Assembly (NCBI RefSeq): GCF_006345805.1
Contig: NC_043022.1
Coordinates: 17,484,001 to 17,548,000 of the forward strand
Origin: Octopus sinensis
Taxonomy: Eukaryota
Reading direction: 5' to 3'
DNA: 64,000 nucleotides
A model generated the notes under the pieces. The model did no database searches, was not told the origin of the DNA, and was given only the letters and a program-made list of their open reading frames with translations. Position 1 is the stretch's first letter, and every line of letters begins with the position of its first letter. The translations under genes were made by a program, and so were the position numbers. Of this stretch, positions 39,345 through 50,675 are shown in pieces.

Positions 39345-39650
39345 TACTCACATTTATAAACTACGAAGTGGAAAATGGAGGCTTTGAGACGAGTAAAAAG
39401 GTAACTGGATATGAAATGAAAGAAGAGAGGAGTAAATAATAATTTATTCTAACGGTTATGCGAGACGAATAAAAAGACGACAGCTTCCCAGATTAGATTA
39501 AACGATTAATTGTGATTAGGAGGTGAAAAGAGACGAAATCAAACCGGAAGTATAAATAGACAAGCGATAGGAAGTTAAATCTTCTGACAAAAGAGAGAGA
39601 ATGAGATGAATTTATTTACTATTGTTTACCGCCAGATGTCGCTGTAAGTA
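39345..39650. promoter_or_regulatory. Probable promoter and non-coding first exon (~39581-39643) of the JmjC gene, possibly bidirectional
   Basis: CCGGAAGT ETS site (39544-39551) abutting TATAAATA (39551-39558). CTCF-like CCGCCAGATGTCGCT (39629-39643). Plus-strand donor GTAAGT at 39644 and minus-strand donor GTGAGT at 39351. CpG is retained. Confidence 0.6.
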
Positions 39651-40485
39651 TTGTTTTTGTTGAGAAGTGAAAGTGAAATTAACGTTGCTTGACTGTATTC
39701 GAGTTTATAACATTTTGATAGTACAGCATGGAGAAGATTGGACAGGTTTCGTTCGCTTACATTAGACAATCAAGGGATCTTCCTGGTTTAGTCGTTTATT
39801 TACATCTCTCATACACACACGCATATATACATGCGGTAGGATCGAAGCAGGAATAACATGGTTGCGAAGACAACTTATATCCTTGTCTGTGTGGCCAACA
39901 TGGTCCTATCTATCTTCATTTAAAAAGCCAAGCTGTGCAAAAATTATACATGTGTGCGTGCGTGTGAGAAAGAAGAGACTCCTATAAAACACAAGCTCAA
40001 TACTCAGTCAATGTACCTCTCTGTTTCGAATCACATCACGTAAAAACTATTATGCATAACAAAACAAACGTTTATATAAATTTACACATGGCTGAATAAA
40101 CCGTGTGTGTGTGTATGCACACATATATATATTTGTGCATGTGTATATGTGTATATGTGTATCTACATTTCCTTGACATCACGTTATAGCTGTAAATGAA
40201 GCTCATCATCATACAAGCAGCGTTATTCATTTTCATTCTTCTGTAGGAATCCTGTCTAGCGGCAGGAAATTTTGCACTGCTTAGACACAGGTGATGGTTG
40301 ACAACAGGAATGGTAACTGGCCATAAAAAATCTTCCTCAATTATTTTTGTGTGACCCATACAAACATGGAAAAGTAGATGTTAAAAGATGATGCCAATGA
40401 AAGTATGTCATTATGTATTATTGTGGCTTGCTCACCAATATCATTGATGCACCCTATTGAATACAATTCATCTATCATTATCTAT

Positions 40486-41031
40486 TATAGATGTTTTCGA
40501 TCCAATTTGGATTCTTTGCCATCAAATTTGAATTCTTTGCAATCAAATTTGAATTTTTCAATTGGTGCTCAAGCCTTGAAAAGAAAGAGAGTTAAACTAC
40601 ATCAGCTGTAAGGGAATACATGTCTATCTTATCTAACTTGTCCAGTAGAGCCCACCAATTGATATCTGAAAAGTTCGATGAAATAACTCATGAACATTGC
40701 CATAGCTTCTACCAAAAGATGCTCCATTAGGTCGATCGGTCTGAACAAGGGGAGATAATAAACGAATGATTATGTTTCTATTATCTCCCCTTGTTCAGAC
40801 TGGTCGACCTAATGGAGCATCTTTTGGTAGAAGCTATGGCAGTGTTCATGAGATATTTCATCGAACTTTTCTGATATCAATTGGTGGGCTCTACTGGACA
40901 AGTTAGATAAGATAGACATGTATTGCCTTACAGCTGATGCAGTTTAACTCTCTTTTTTTTAAGGCTTGAGCACCAATTGAAAAATTCAAATTTGATTGCA
41001 AAGAATTCAAACTAGATCAAAAACATCTATA
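40486..41031. mobile_element. Foldback/MITE element: near-perfect palindrome with 250-275-bp arms and an 18-nt loop
   Basis: Left arm 40486-40760, loop 40761-40778, right arm 40779-41031. Termini ta|tagatgtttt...aaaacatcta|ta. Confidence 0.92.
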
Positions 41032-41039
41032 TTATTCTC

Positions 41040-41245
41040 AAGGTGACAGAATTGTTAGCACACCAGGCAAAATGTTTAGCAGCATTTCATTTGTTCTTAT
41101 GTTCTGAGTTCCAGTTCTTCCGAGATATTCTTTACCTTTCATCCTTTCAGATTTGATAAAATAAGTGCTAGTTGTGCACTGGGGTCGATGAAATCAACTT
41201 ATCCCTCCCCAGAAATTGCTGGCCTTGTGCCAAAATTTTAAACTA
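41040..41245 (+). mobile_element. SINE family C
   Basis: gacagaattgttagcacaccaggcaaaatg...ttctgagtt...cctttcatcctttc...ggccttgtgccaaaattt. Confidence 0.85.
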
Positions 41246-41361
41246 TTATCTATTTGGATGCTATTTTAAAATTCCTCTTTTTTTCTCCTTCCTTTTGTTT
41301 TTCAGCTGGTGGCAAGAACTAAGTAAACTAATATGAAAGAAGCATTACCACCTGAGAAACG

Positions 41362-41627
41362 ATGAAGATTAATTTGGTTGTATTTTCACTATTTTATTTA
41401 CATTGTTTATTTTTTCCTTGTTGTCTTCTTGGCTCTTGTCCACCAGACAGTGTACATGGCGAACAGTTATCTTTCATAGATGGAATTTATTCTCTTCCTT
41501 TTAATGAGAGGCTGGAGGAGAGAAAGCAGAATTTGCAAAAATATTCTTTTGAGCACAATGTAAATAGTATTGACCGTCGGAGTGGTCTTTCCCAAGATGA
41601 GTTTAACCAGGTCTATGATGGAAAGTG
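41362..41627 (+). CDS. JmjC-domain 2OG/Fe(II) oxygenase (JMJD6/JMJD4/JMJD8 group), coding exon 1 of 8, containing the signal peptide; full CDS is 376 aa
   Basis: MKINLVVFSLFYLHCLFFPCCLLG hydrophobic leader, then IDRRSGLSQDEFNQVYDGK. Acceptor ttcag before 41306 and donor TG|GTAAGT (phase 2). Confidence 0.9.
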
Positions 41628-41998
41628 GTAAGTAATTGAATCCTGAGAATTCATTAATCAGTATCTTTCTCAAACATAAAATGGTTGCTAAAAAAGGGCA
41701 AAATATTGAGAAGATGGAATCACTTTCATGACAATGGATTGTGAACTGAAGGATTTGAGGGATAAGATGCCGTAACTGATATGACTTTCTCTTGAAGCTT
41801 GTCACCAAACAACTAATTGTTAGAAACACTTGTAACACTGTATTTATACATGTGTGTGTATATACTTTTATTTATTTCGCTAAGTGATACTAATAACCTA
41901 CTTTTAGAACTCAATATACATATTCAACTCTTTGAGGATTCAAACTCAAACTGGATAGTAACAAAATTAAACATTATCAAGCATCTTAATTTGCTGTG

Positions 41999-42250
41999 AT
42001 GGTGCACGGCTTAGTAGTTACGGTGTTGGATTCTTGGTCCTAAGACTGTGGTTTTGATTCCTGGAGCAGGCAATGCATTGTGTTCTTGAGTAAAACAATT
42101 TGTTTCACATTAGTCTAGTTGACTCAGATGGCAAAAACGAGTAATCCTGTGACAGACTCTGGCTTCCCATCCAGTGGGGAATATATATACGAAGGAAATT
42201 GAGAAACTGGCCCTATGAGTCTATATGACTCGAGAAGTATCTTTATCCTA
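41999..42250 (+). mobile_element. SINE family A (intronic)
   Basis: ggtgcacggcttagtagttacgg...ggttttgattcc...tgtgttcttgagtaaaaca. Confidence 0.7.
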
Positions 42251-42780
42251 TCTTTTATCCCTTCTTTGAATTTGCTGCTCTATATTTCATGGCAATTAGC
42301 AATTCTTTCTTTCTTTTAAGAAGATTATCTCTAGAAGCATTGGTAGCATAAAATCAAGAAGAAAGGTACTAGTGACTATGTCTAACATCATTCTTTAAGC
42401 TGTCTTTCTCTGATTCCTTCTCTGTTCACATATTCCAATATGAAACATCAGTTTTTTGTTTTGCAAACACAGCCAACATTTTATGGGAAGAATTATTGCC
42501 ATATAAATTGATGCTGTTACTTCATTTCTTGATATGCATTGGCCTTTTTGTACTATTGGGATATATTTTTGTGATCAAGAGGCATGAAAATTTCACCTAA
42601 ACAGGATTTGACTTCAAATCAGAAGTCCTGGCACTGTTTTTCTTTTCAGCAAAGCCTAATTTCCAATATGCTGTTAAACATAAATAATCCATCTTGTCCT
42701 TGCTTGAAGGAATGTAAGCAAAAACAAAGCTGTTAAACATTCACAGTAACCTTTTCCAATAATTTAACTATATTCCTTGG

Positions 42781-43155
42781 CTCAGGCATGACTATGTGGT
42801 AAGAAGTTTGCTTCCCAACTACATGGTTCCAGGTTCAATCTCACTGCATGGCACCTTGTGCAAGTGTCTTCTAAATTCTGAGGCTGACCAAAGCTTTTTG
42901 AGTGGATTTGGTAAATGGAAACTGAAAGAAGCCTATTGTATATGTGTGTGTTTTTCCCTGCCCCACTCTGCCTGACAACCAGTGTTGGTGTGTTTATGTC
43001 CCCATAATTTATAGATTTGTCAAAAGAGACCAATAGAATAAGTACCTGGTTTTAAAAAAAACTTAAGTAATGGGGTCAATCCATTCAACTAAAATCGTTC
43101 AAGCTGGTGCTTGAGCAGTCCAATGATTGAAACAAATGAAAAATAAAAGATAAGG
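42781..43155 (+). mobile_element. SINE family B (intronic)
   Basis: caggcatgactatgtggtaagaagtttgcttccc...gcaccttgtgcaagtgtcttct...tgattgaaacaa. Confidence 0.85.
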
Positions 43156-44469
43156 ATATAGGGGTTCTACAAGAGCAGAGATTCTTCCATCCTTTTCTTT
43201 CCTGTCTACTGAAGACTGGTTGTGCTGATAATCTTTGCTGACCTTCCTGGATTAATGCAGTTCATCCAATTAATATCGAGTGTGAACTTTTACAGATGAT
43301 TGATCAATGAGAAACCCTGGACAAAAAGAAAGGGTTAGGGTTGCAATTCTGCAAATGAAGGATTGAAAACAGTAATTTGTATAATTAAAGAGCATTTCAT
43401 TAGCTTGTTAGCGTAAATTTTGCATCTTCCAAATAGCAAGAATCTGTGTCTAATTGTTACTCAAGAGAAATGGTGTCCCTCAACTACTTAATACCATGAA
43501 TATAAAGACAAAATGTGTTTCCTAAACTATGAAGAACAGTGTCTTATGCAGTTAGATAGATAAAAGATGAATGTTCTCCTGGGTAAAGTAGCAGTCTATC
43601 TAGGAGTAGTCTTTGATGATTTCTGTCACTATTCCTGACAGTTAAATGAAACGAAGAATGTTTAACTTTATATTATGAAAGATAAGAAGCCCAACATGTC
43701 TCACCTGTTTTATAGAAGACAAGCCAAAGAGGATGCCTCTCCAAAGTAGCAACACAATCACACCCAAATTACACTTTACCCTAGAAAAAGGAAGACAACT
43801 GGATGACATAGGGGTAGATACACTGTACTAGGGGCCAAACTGCCTTGGTTCATAGTTAAGGCTGTCCTTGGACTGCACAGGATAGGCTTTTAATAGCAGG
43901 TGAGATACACTAGGATTTTGTGATAGTCCTATTGTCTATGTCTTGTGATAGTTCTAGTGAAGGCGCATGACCTAGTGGTTAGGGTGTTGCACTCACAATC
44001 ACCAGATCGTAGGTTCAATTCCTAGACCAGGCAGCATGTGTTCTTGATCAAAACACTTCATTTCACACTGCTCTACTGCTATGTAGGAACCTGCATGTCA
44101 AAGAATAGAGTCAATATTTCCTCTGTGTCATAAAAGGCAAGTAAAAGAGGTTGAGGCAGGATTTGCACTCCAACCTCATAAAAACCCCCTCAGCAGCAAT
44201 AGCTACACAAATAGACCCATGGGTCAGAGGGTTGTCACATCAGTGGTGCAGAATTGTAATCCATCAGGAGTAGAGAATCATGGACAAATGGTGGATGCAA
44301 CGATGTGCTGTTACAGTGCATTCTCCCATACAACTACCACTACTACTACTATTGTCTGTCTGAAATTGTAAATCAGCCTCATTTATTACAAGACTTTATC
44401 TAAAATAAAGGATCGCATGATTGACCAGGCAATCAAAATTCTGGCTCACGTTGTTTTAGATGTTGATAG

Positions 44470-44685
44470 ATGCCACCCTGATGGCTAGGTAAGTAGGCCA
44501 ACATTCCCCCTAATCGGAAGGCTTGTCCATCACAGGGTTAGCTATTTACAGCTGAGTGGACTGGAGCAGCATGAAAGGATTTGTTTTGCTTAAGAACATA
44601 ACACACAGCTCAGTTCAGGAATTGAACTTACAATCACTAGATCATGAGTGCAATACCCTAATCACTAGTCCATACATTTTCACAG
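44470..44685 (-). mobile_element. SINE family A (intronic)
   Basis: Homologous to 36910-37116. Confidence 0.75.
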
Positions 44686-44905
44686 AATAAATGAATAAGT
44701 AAGTCAAAATATAATATCTTCTTATTTTTTGTTGTTTTTGATTTCATGACAGGCAGCCTAATAAAATATTGAGTAAATTGAAACAAATATCTAAGGTTTT
44801 GGTCTTGAAATACATAATTGTAGCATTTATTAAGGGTTTTAAAGAAAAGAAGCAGACACTGGGAGATTTCAGTTTCTTCTTAGCAAACATTCGGTTATGT
44901 TGCAG

Positions 44906-45014
44906 GCCTGTCATTCTCACCGACGTCATTACTAAGTGGCCAGCATTCAACTGGACTAAAGAGTTTTTACAAACAAATTATGGACATGCAAAAGTTACAG
45001 TGAAGATATCTAAG
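44906..45014 (+). CDS. JmjC oxygenase, coding exon 2
   Basis: (W)PVILTDVITKWPAFNWTKEFLQTNYGHAKVTVKISK. Acceptor tgcag and donor AAG|GTATGT; the phase joins exon 1. Confidence 0.92.
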
Positions 45015-45754
45015 GTATGTTGTAACATTGTGTCCCCAAAGAGAGGCGATTTGCAAGTGAAAGTTTTCCGAGTATAATAAACCTCCTTTCCAACTTCCAG
45101 TGAAATTCTAACGTACAATTTAGTTGTATCTTCATCATCATCATCATTATTATTGTTATGAAGAGCATTGAAAGGTAGAGTTGGTGTAGCAGTGAGCAAA
45201 ATGCATTGTGATACTTAGTTACATCCCTTTGCATTCTGAGTTCAAAGTTTGTTGAAGTGAACTTTCATTGTTCCAAGGTTGAGAAAATAAGAATCAGGCA
45301 AGTTGAGATTCTTCATTACACGTCTTATACTTTTCAAAAACAAAAAAAAACAAAGGGTAGTGACTTGTAGAAACACCAACTGGTAGAAGGAGTGACTGAT
45401 AGAAACAGTGGGGTATCATACAAAATGTCTTGAATTATTTACATATCTTTATGTTTAAGTTCAAATTTTTCTGATGGTATTAATAAAATGAGAGCCAAAT
45501 TATTGAACTTGTGATGTCATTCCATCAATGTAGGAACGTTGGTTGCCCTCATTCAAATTTTGGATTTGAATTTCTATATATCACTTTTCATTTTGAACTC
45601 AACAAAGACAGGCAAGCTGTTGAAATATCGTTCAACCAATAAAATATCTCTTGCAATCATGTCACACTCTTTGTATTGTCTATTTACCTTTGTGAAGAGT
45701 TACATCAATCCTTTTCAAATATTATCATCATCATCAATAATAATAATAATAATA

Positions 45755-45968
45755 ATCCTTTCTACTATTGGCACAAGGCCTAATATTTTGTGGGAGGGGA
45801 CTAGTTGATTACATTGACCCGTTTTTGCTGGTACTTAATCTATTGACCCCAAAAGGATGAAAGGCAAAGTCGACCTTGACAGAATTTGAACTCAGAACCA
45901 TAGTGACAGGCAAAATACTGCTAAGCATATCGCCTGGCACGCTAACAATCCTGCCAGCTTGCTGCCTT
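45755..45968 (-). mobile_element. SINE family C (intronic)
   Basis: Reverse complement reads aaggcagcaagctggcaggattgttagc...gtcgactttgcctttcatcctttt. Confidence 0.85.
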
Positions 45969-46462
45969 AAATAATAATCATCATTATCATCATTTAATGT
46001 CCACTTTCCATGAGGACTGGCAAGCCAGGAGGCTGCACCAGGCTCCAATCTGATCTGATTATTTTTTTGTGTTACAAAAAAAAATGAAGTGTGACATAAA
46101 TTCCACCAAAGTATCAAGGAAAGAATTCATGTTTAGTTCAGGTTCCTTGGAATTTAACAGAAAAGATTGTAAACTATTTCAGATGTAGAACTTATTCTCA
46201 GTAACTAAGTAAATGGGGGAAACATACAGTTTTAGAATTTAACCCAAACAGCTGTTAAAATATATTCAGAGAAATTGAATTCAGCATCTGTGGTCTGGAA
46301 GCATAAAATCCAATTCCTTTTTAGCTATTTGGCATCTGCAGAACGACTAAACACAATGGCTGATTGTAAACTGATAATTATTTTTAATAACCTTTTTATA
46401 TCTCTACTCTCATGGCCTCACATTTTTGTTTCTTTCCTTTTTTTTTTTTTTGTCTGTTTCAG

Positions 46463-46606
46463 GGTTCTGAGTCATTTGGATCTGTAGAGCAGCTTCAGCA
46501 CATGATACCCCTTCTCAGCTCCAGTGAACTGAAACAATGGTTCTATATTGAAGATGAGCTCTTCCTTAACTTGCATCCAACTCTTTTGAAAGATATTGGC
46601 AGCACA
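46463..46606 (+). CDS. JmjC oxygenase, coding exon 3
   Basis: GSESFGSVEQLQHMIPLLSSSELKQWFYIEDELFLNLHPTLLKDIGST. Long poly-T tract plus cag acceptor, GTAAGT donor, 144 nt. Confidence 0.9.
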
Positions 46607-46874
46607 GTAAGTACATGTGGTTGTTTAGGGAATTGATTTGGTGTGTGAACTATTAACCCATTTGCTTAGATATCAGATCATTTTTGTGGCGTTTCAGTCT
46701 TTGCCAGTTGTCTATAAGAATTATTGCGTTGAGTCAAAGAGTTTTGCAATATTTTGGTAACTTATTTGCTTTATTTGTCGAGTTCCAGCAAAAGCAGTGA
46801 AGCATTCAAAGTAGAGGCCATTGTGTTGCCCCCTTTTCTGCCAGTTCTTTAATCCCATGCTGATACCAGTTCTT

Positions 46875-47485
46875 GTCGTTTGAGGGGAAGAACTCCTTCA
46901 CTGAAACATCCACCTCTTCTCAGTTGATGAAGTGTCTTGAGGCAGGAAGTGAGCCAGGAATCAGAACAAGTTATAATCTGAAGGAGATATTTTCCTGCAA
47001 TCCTAACATGTATAAGCAGTGGTTAAGCAAGAGCCATATTCAGGAACTTGTCTCCAAACATGGAAGTCTCAGACACAAGGGGATGCTCTGTATCTGGTGG
47101 AATTATGAGGAGTTCATTCTGGATGGTCAAACCATCAATATCAACCTGTAATCTGAACAGCTGGAGTGGATGTATGCCACTGTGCAGCAACAATACCCAG
47201 CATTGGTTAGGGTTAGAAAATGAACTCTTCTGCAGCAAGACAATGCAAGACCTCATACCATTTGAATGACCCAGAATATACTCCAGGAACTTGAGGGAAT
47301 TGAACTGATGCCACACCCAGCATATTGTCTGGATCTAGCTCCTTTGGATTATTGGATTGTTCCACTCCATGTCTCACTTCTTGCACTTGTGATACTTCAT
47401 CAACCGAGAAGACGTGGAAACTGCAGTGAATGAGTTCTTCTTCTCAAAGGACAAAAACTGGTATCAACATGAGATCGAACTATCT
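46875..47485 (+). mobile_element. Decayed mariner transposase fragment (intronic)
   Basis: KGMLCIWWNYE, LLQQDNARPHT, ELMPHPAYCLDLAPLDY (variant of the YSPDLAPxD motif). Confidence 0.85.
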
Positions 47486-47921
47486 TATTGTTCTGTGTCT
47501 TCTCATTTCCTTTTCCTGTTTCTTTTCTCTTTTCTACTTTTGTCATCATCAATGCCACTCTTTTGGTCATTGTCATAGTTGTACTTCAATTCTCCGCACA
47601 ACCTTCCCTCATTTTCTCCTCTTCTAGTCTCTTGAAAATGGAAATTATTACAGCCAACTGTTCTATTTGCTGAGATTCTTGGATAAAAGAAATACAATTT
47701 GATTGTAAAAAATAGACATAGTGCTTGGTTTGTTACCAAGGATATGTCCTGATCGATCAACTTTAATTCCTGTACACTTTCTGAAGCAAGCTTATACTTC
47801 TTGTTCGGTTGTTCATTTGAGGAAACCCCATTCTAGCCGTTCAAACTGCTTGTTAATCTACTTGACATTTTCTTCTTTCCTTTCACTGAAATAATGCAAA
47901 AGGCTTTTTTGTAATTTTCAG

Positions 47922-48083
47922 CCACTGCTGACCGAAGACTTCTTTTCTCTGTTTCCTGAGGAAATTCGACCATGGAATTCCATGCTACTTTGGGGTGGGG
48001 CCCACTCCAGGTCTCCACTACATATAGACCCCTACAATTGGACTGGAACAAATGCAGTATTGAAAGGGACCAAAAAATGGAAA
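47922..48083 (+). CDS. JmjC oxygenase, coding exon 4 (HxD motif); absent from the ORF track
   Basis: PLLTEDFFSLFPEEIRPWNSMLLWGGAHSRSPLHIDPYNWTGTNAVLKGTKKWK. Acceptor ttttcag, donor GTAAGT, 162 nt. Confidence 0.95.
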
Positions 48084-48377
48084 GTAAGTCTCTCTTTTTT
48101 TTAAACTTTCAGTCATCATCATCATCTTTTGCATCAACATCAGCAGTTTTCCCATGTCTCCATCTGCAGTCTATAGAACTTATTTTAAAGAAATTACCTT
48201 TCTCTAATTGATAAGTTGATGAAGTTGCCATTTTAAGAAAACAGCTTATCTCTTTTTTTCTCCCCCAATTTGTTGTTTTTTATGGTGAATTTCTCTGTGG
48301 CAAAAATGTTTATGGTGAAATTTCCTATAACCCAATGGCTGTGCCCTGATGTTAATTATGGTTTAATTCTATTTCAG

Positions 48378-48463
48378 TTGTTTCCTCCTGGTCAGGATGA
48401 TTTACTGTATGTCATTCCTGAACAGAGGTGTGGCTTCCCTTTGGAGTGTCGGAAATATAACAG
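48378..48463 (+). CDS. JmjC oxygenase, coding exon 5 (predicted GC donor)
   Basis: LFPPGQDDLLYVIPEQRCGFPLECRKYN(S). Acceptor atttcag. The donor AG|GCAAGA gives the phase 2 needed by exon 6; an alternative GT donor lies after 48427. Confidence 0.8.
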
Positions 48464-48679
48464 GCAAGAACCACCATTGTCCTTGTTCTTCTCATCACTG
48501 TTATTTTTATTTTGACTTTAGTCAAAACTGAATGTTACTGGTACCTATTTCATCAACCACCACAGTTAAGGAAGACAAAGTTAGTTAACAAGCAGAAGGA
48601 TTTGAAATCAGAATAAGCAAAACTGAAACTAATTACTATAATTACTAATAAACACTCCTGCATTCCTTTGATCTGACTG

Positions 48680-49432
48680 CCATTTCTCTCTCTCTCTCTG
48701 TCTCCTTCCCCACTATTCCACTCCACACATTGACTCCCTATTTTTCATGTCCAGTTTTATTATACAGCTGCTCTCCGCCCTTCCTATATTGCCACTTATT
48801 TCCCCCTCCCCTCTGATCTGCCACTCCTCTATATTTTAGTCCACTCTCCCTATTGATATTTACCATTGATTCCCCCAACCCCCATCTTCTTCCTTGTTCA
48901 TCATTCACTGCAATCACCTCTACCTAATCATCTCTTATCCTTTCTGATTCTCTTTCCATATTCTCTCCATACACTCTCCTCCTCCTTGTATCTTGACAGT
49001 CTCTCCTCACGCCTCCTCATCACCACCCTCTCTATCTCTCTTTTCAGATACTCTCACACTCACTTCTTTATATGGTGCAGCATAGCCATTGTATCTCCTC
49101 TACAGCCAAACAGCTCAGCTTGTCCCTCTACCATACTTTAACCTCTCTCCATAAATTGACTGCCATTCCTTTTAACCCTAACCCCACTCACACAACTTAA
49201 TCAAGGGGTATTTTTGTTTATCTTGCAAGTCACTTGGTGACTCTGCTAGCACTGGTGCCATGTGAAAAGCACCAAATACATTCTGTAAATTGGTTGGCAT
49301 TAGGAAGTGCATGCTGGCTGTAGAAACTGTACCAAATCAGACACTGGAGCTCAGCACTGCTCTCTGGCTTGTTGGATCCCAATGAAACATCCAACCTATG
49401 CCAGCATGAAAGAGCGACATTAAAATGATGAT
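48680..49432 (+). mobile_element. RTE LINE CT-rich 3'UTR and tail
   Basis: Pyrimidine-rich tract, then tcttgcaagtcacttggtgac...ccaacctatgccagcatg...atgatga. Confidence 0.75.
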
Positions 49433-49801
49433 AGTGGCGGCGGCGATGGCAACATTGTAGCAGAAGCAGCAGCAGCAGCCGACTAAAGACGATGCAGGGT
49501 TTTCTTTTGAATTTTTTTCATTCTGAGTTGAAATCCCTGCCCGGCCAATTCTATATTTCAGCCATTCAGAGTTGATTAATAAGAACCAGTTTCATATAAG
49601 AGTTGCTTCACTTGACTATTCTCTTCCTCTACTAAATTAGCCGTTTAAGAAATCAGTTTTATTTGGTAGAAATAATAGAGTCCAAGAGTAGAGTACCTTA
49701 AAGTACTGCTTGTTCTGAGTTGATTAAAGTAAATGACCAGCATGTATGATTAACTGTATGTCAATAGGATTGATGGTTGTTTAACAGATCTTTATTCAGC
49801 T

Positions 49802-50385
49802 TGAAGGCACGTGGCTTAGTGGTCAGAGTCTTCGGCTCACAGCTATAAGGTTGTGAGTTTGATTCCTGCTGGTACTTTTTGTCCTTGAACAAGATGCTTC
49901 ATTTCATGTTGCCTCAGTCCACTCAGCCGGCAGAAATGAGTTCTACCTGTATTTCAAAGGACTTGCCTTGTCACACTCTTTGTCATGCTGAATCTCCCTG
50001 AGTACATGTCTGTGGAGTGCTCAGCCACTTGCACATTAATTCCATGAGTGGGCTGTTCTGTTGATTGGATTAACTGGAACCCTCATCATCATAACCGATG
50101 GAGTGCCCATCATTTGAATTGAAGTGAGGTGGGAGATGAGTTGTCAGTAGGACTAGAATGATAGATGAAATACCTTGCAATATTTAGTTTCATCAAGGGT
50201 ATCAAGGTGGCAAGCTGAGAGAATTGTTATGGTGCCAGGCAAATGCTTAGCAATACTTCATCCATCTTTACCTCCTGAGTTCATCTTTTCAGGGTCGATA
50301 AAATAAGTAACAGTTGTGTACTGAGATTGATGTAATCACTTACCCCTCCCCAACATTGCTGGCCTTGTGGATAATTCGAAAGCAA
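49802..50385 (+). mobile_element. SINE family A (49802-50108) and family C (50203-50385)
   Basis: gaaggcacgtggcttagtggtcagag...gagtttgattcc, and aaggtggcaagctgagagaattgtt. Confidence 0.8.
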
Positions 50386-50675
50386 TATTTAGTTTCATCC
50401 CTCTACTTTAAAATCTAGTTTTATGTAGGGACAAAAAAAAAGGGTGAGGGGGCAATATTTATAACATGAGTAATTAGAACCATACAATCAGAAATAATTT
50501 ACTGCTAAACTGTGTCTGTTTGGTTTTTGTTTGGTGCTATTTCCCTCCACTTCATCTTTGCATATTATTTATTCTTGGTCAGGGGATGATCTGACTCACT
50601 CAAGGGCCAAATCACTTGGTCAAGAGCTGCAAATGAGTATCATTTGCAGCATCCAGTTGATTAACCAACATTCTG

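Noticed and set aside
47485-47835. Minus-strand Lys/Glu-rich open stretches, possibly a LINE ORF1 fragment
   Set aside because: No diagnostic motif was recognised, so it cannot be supported.
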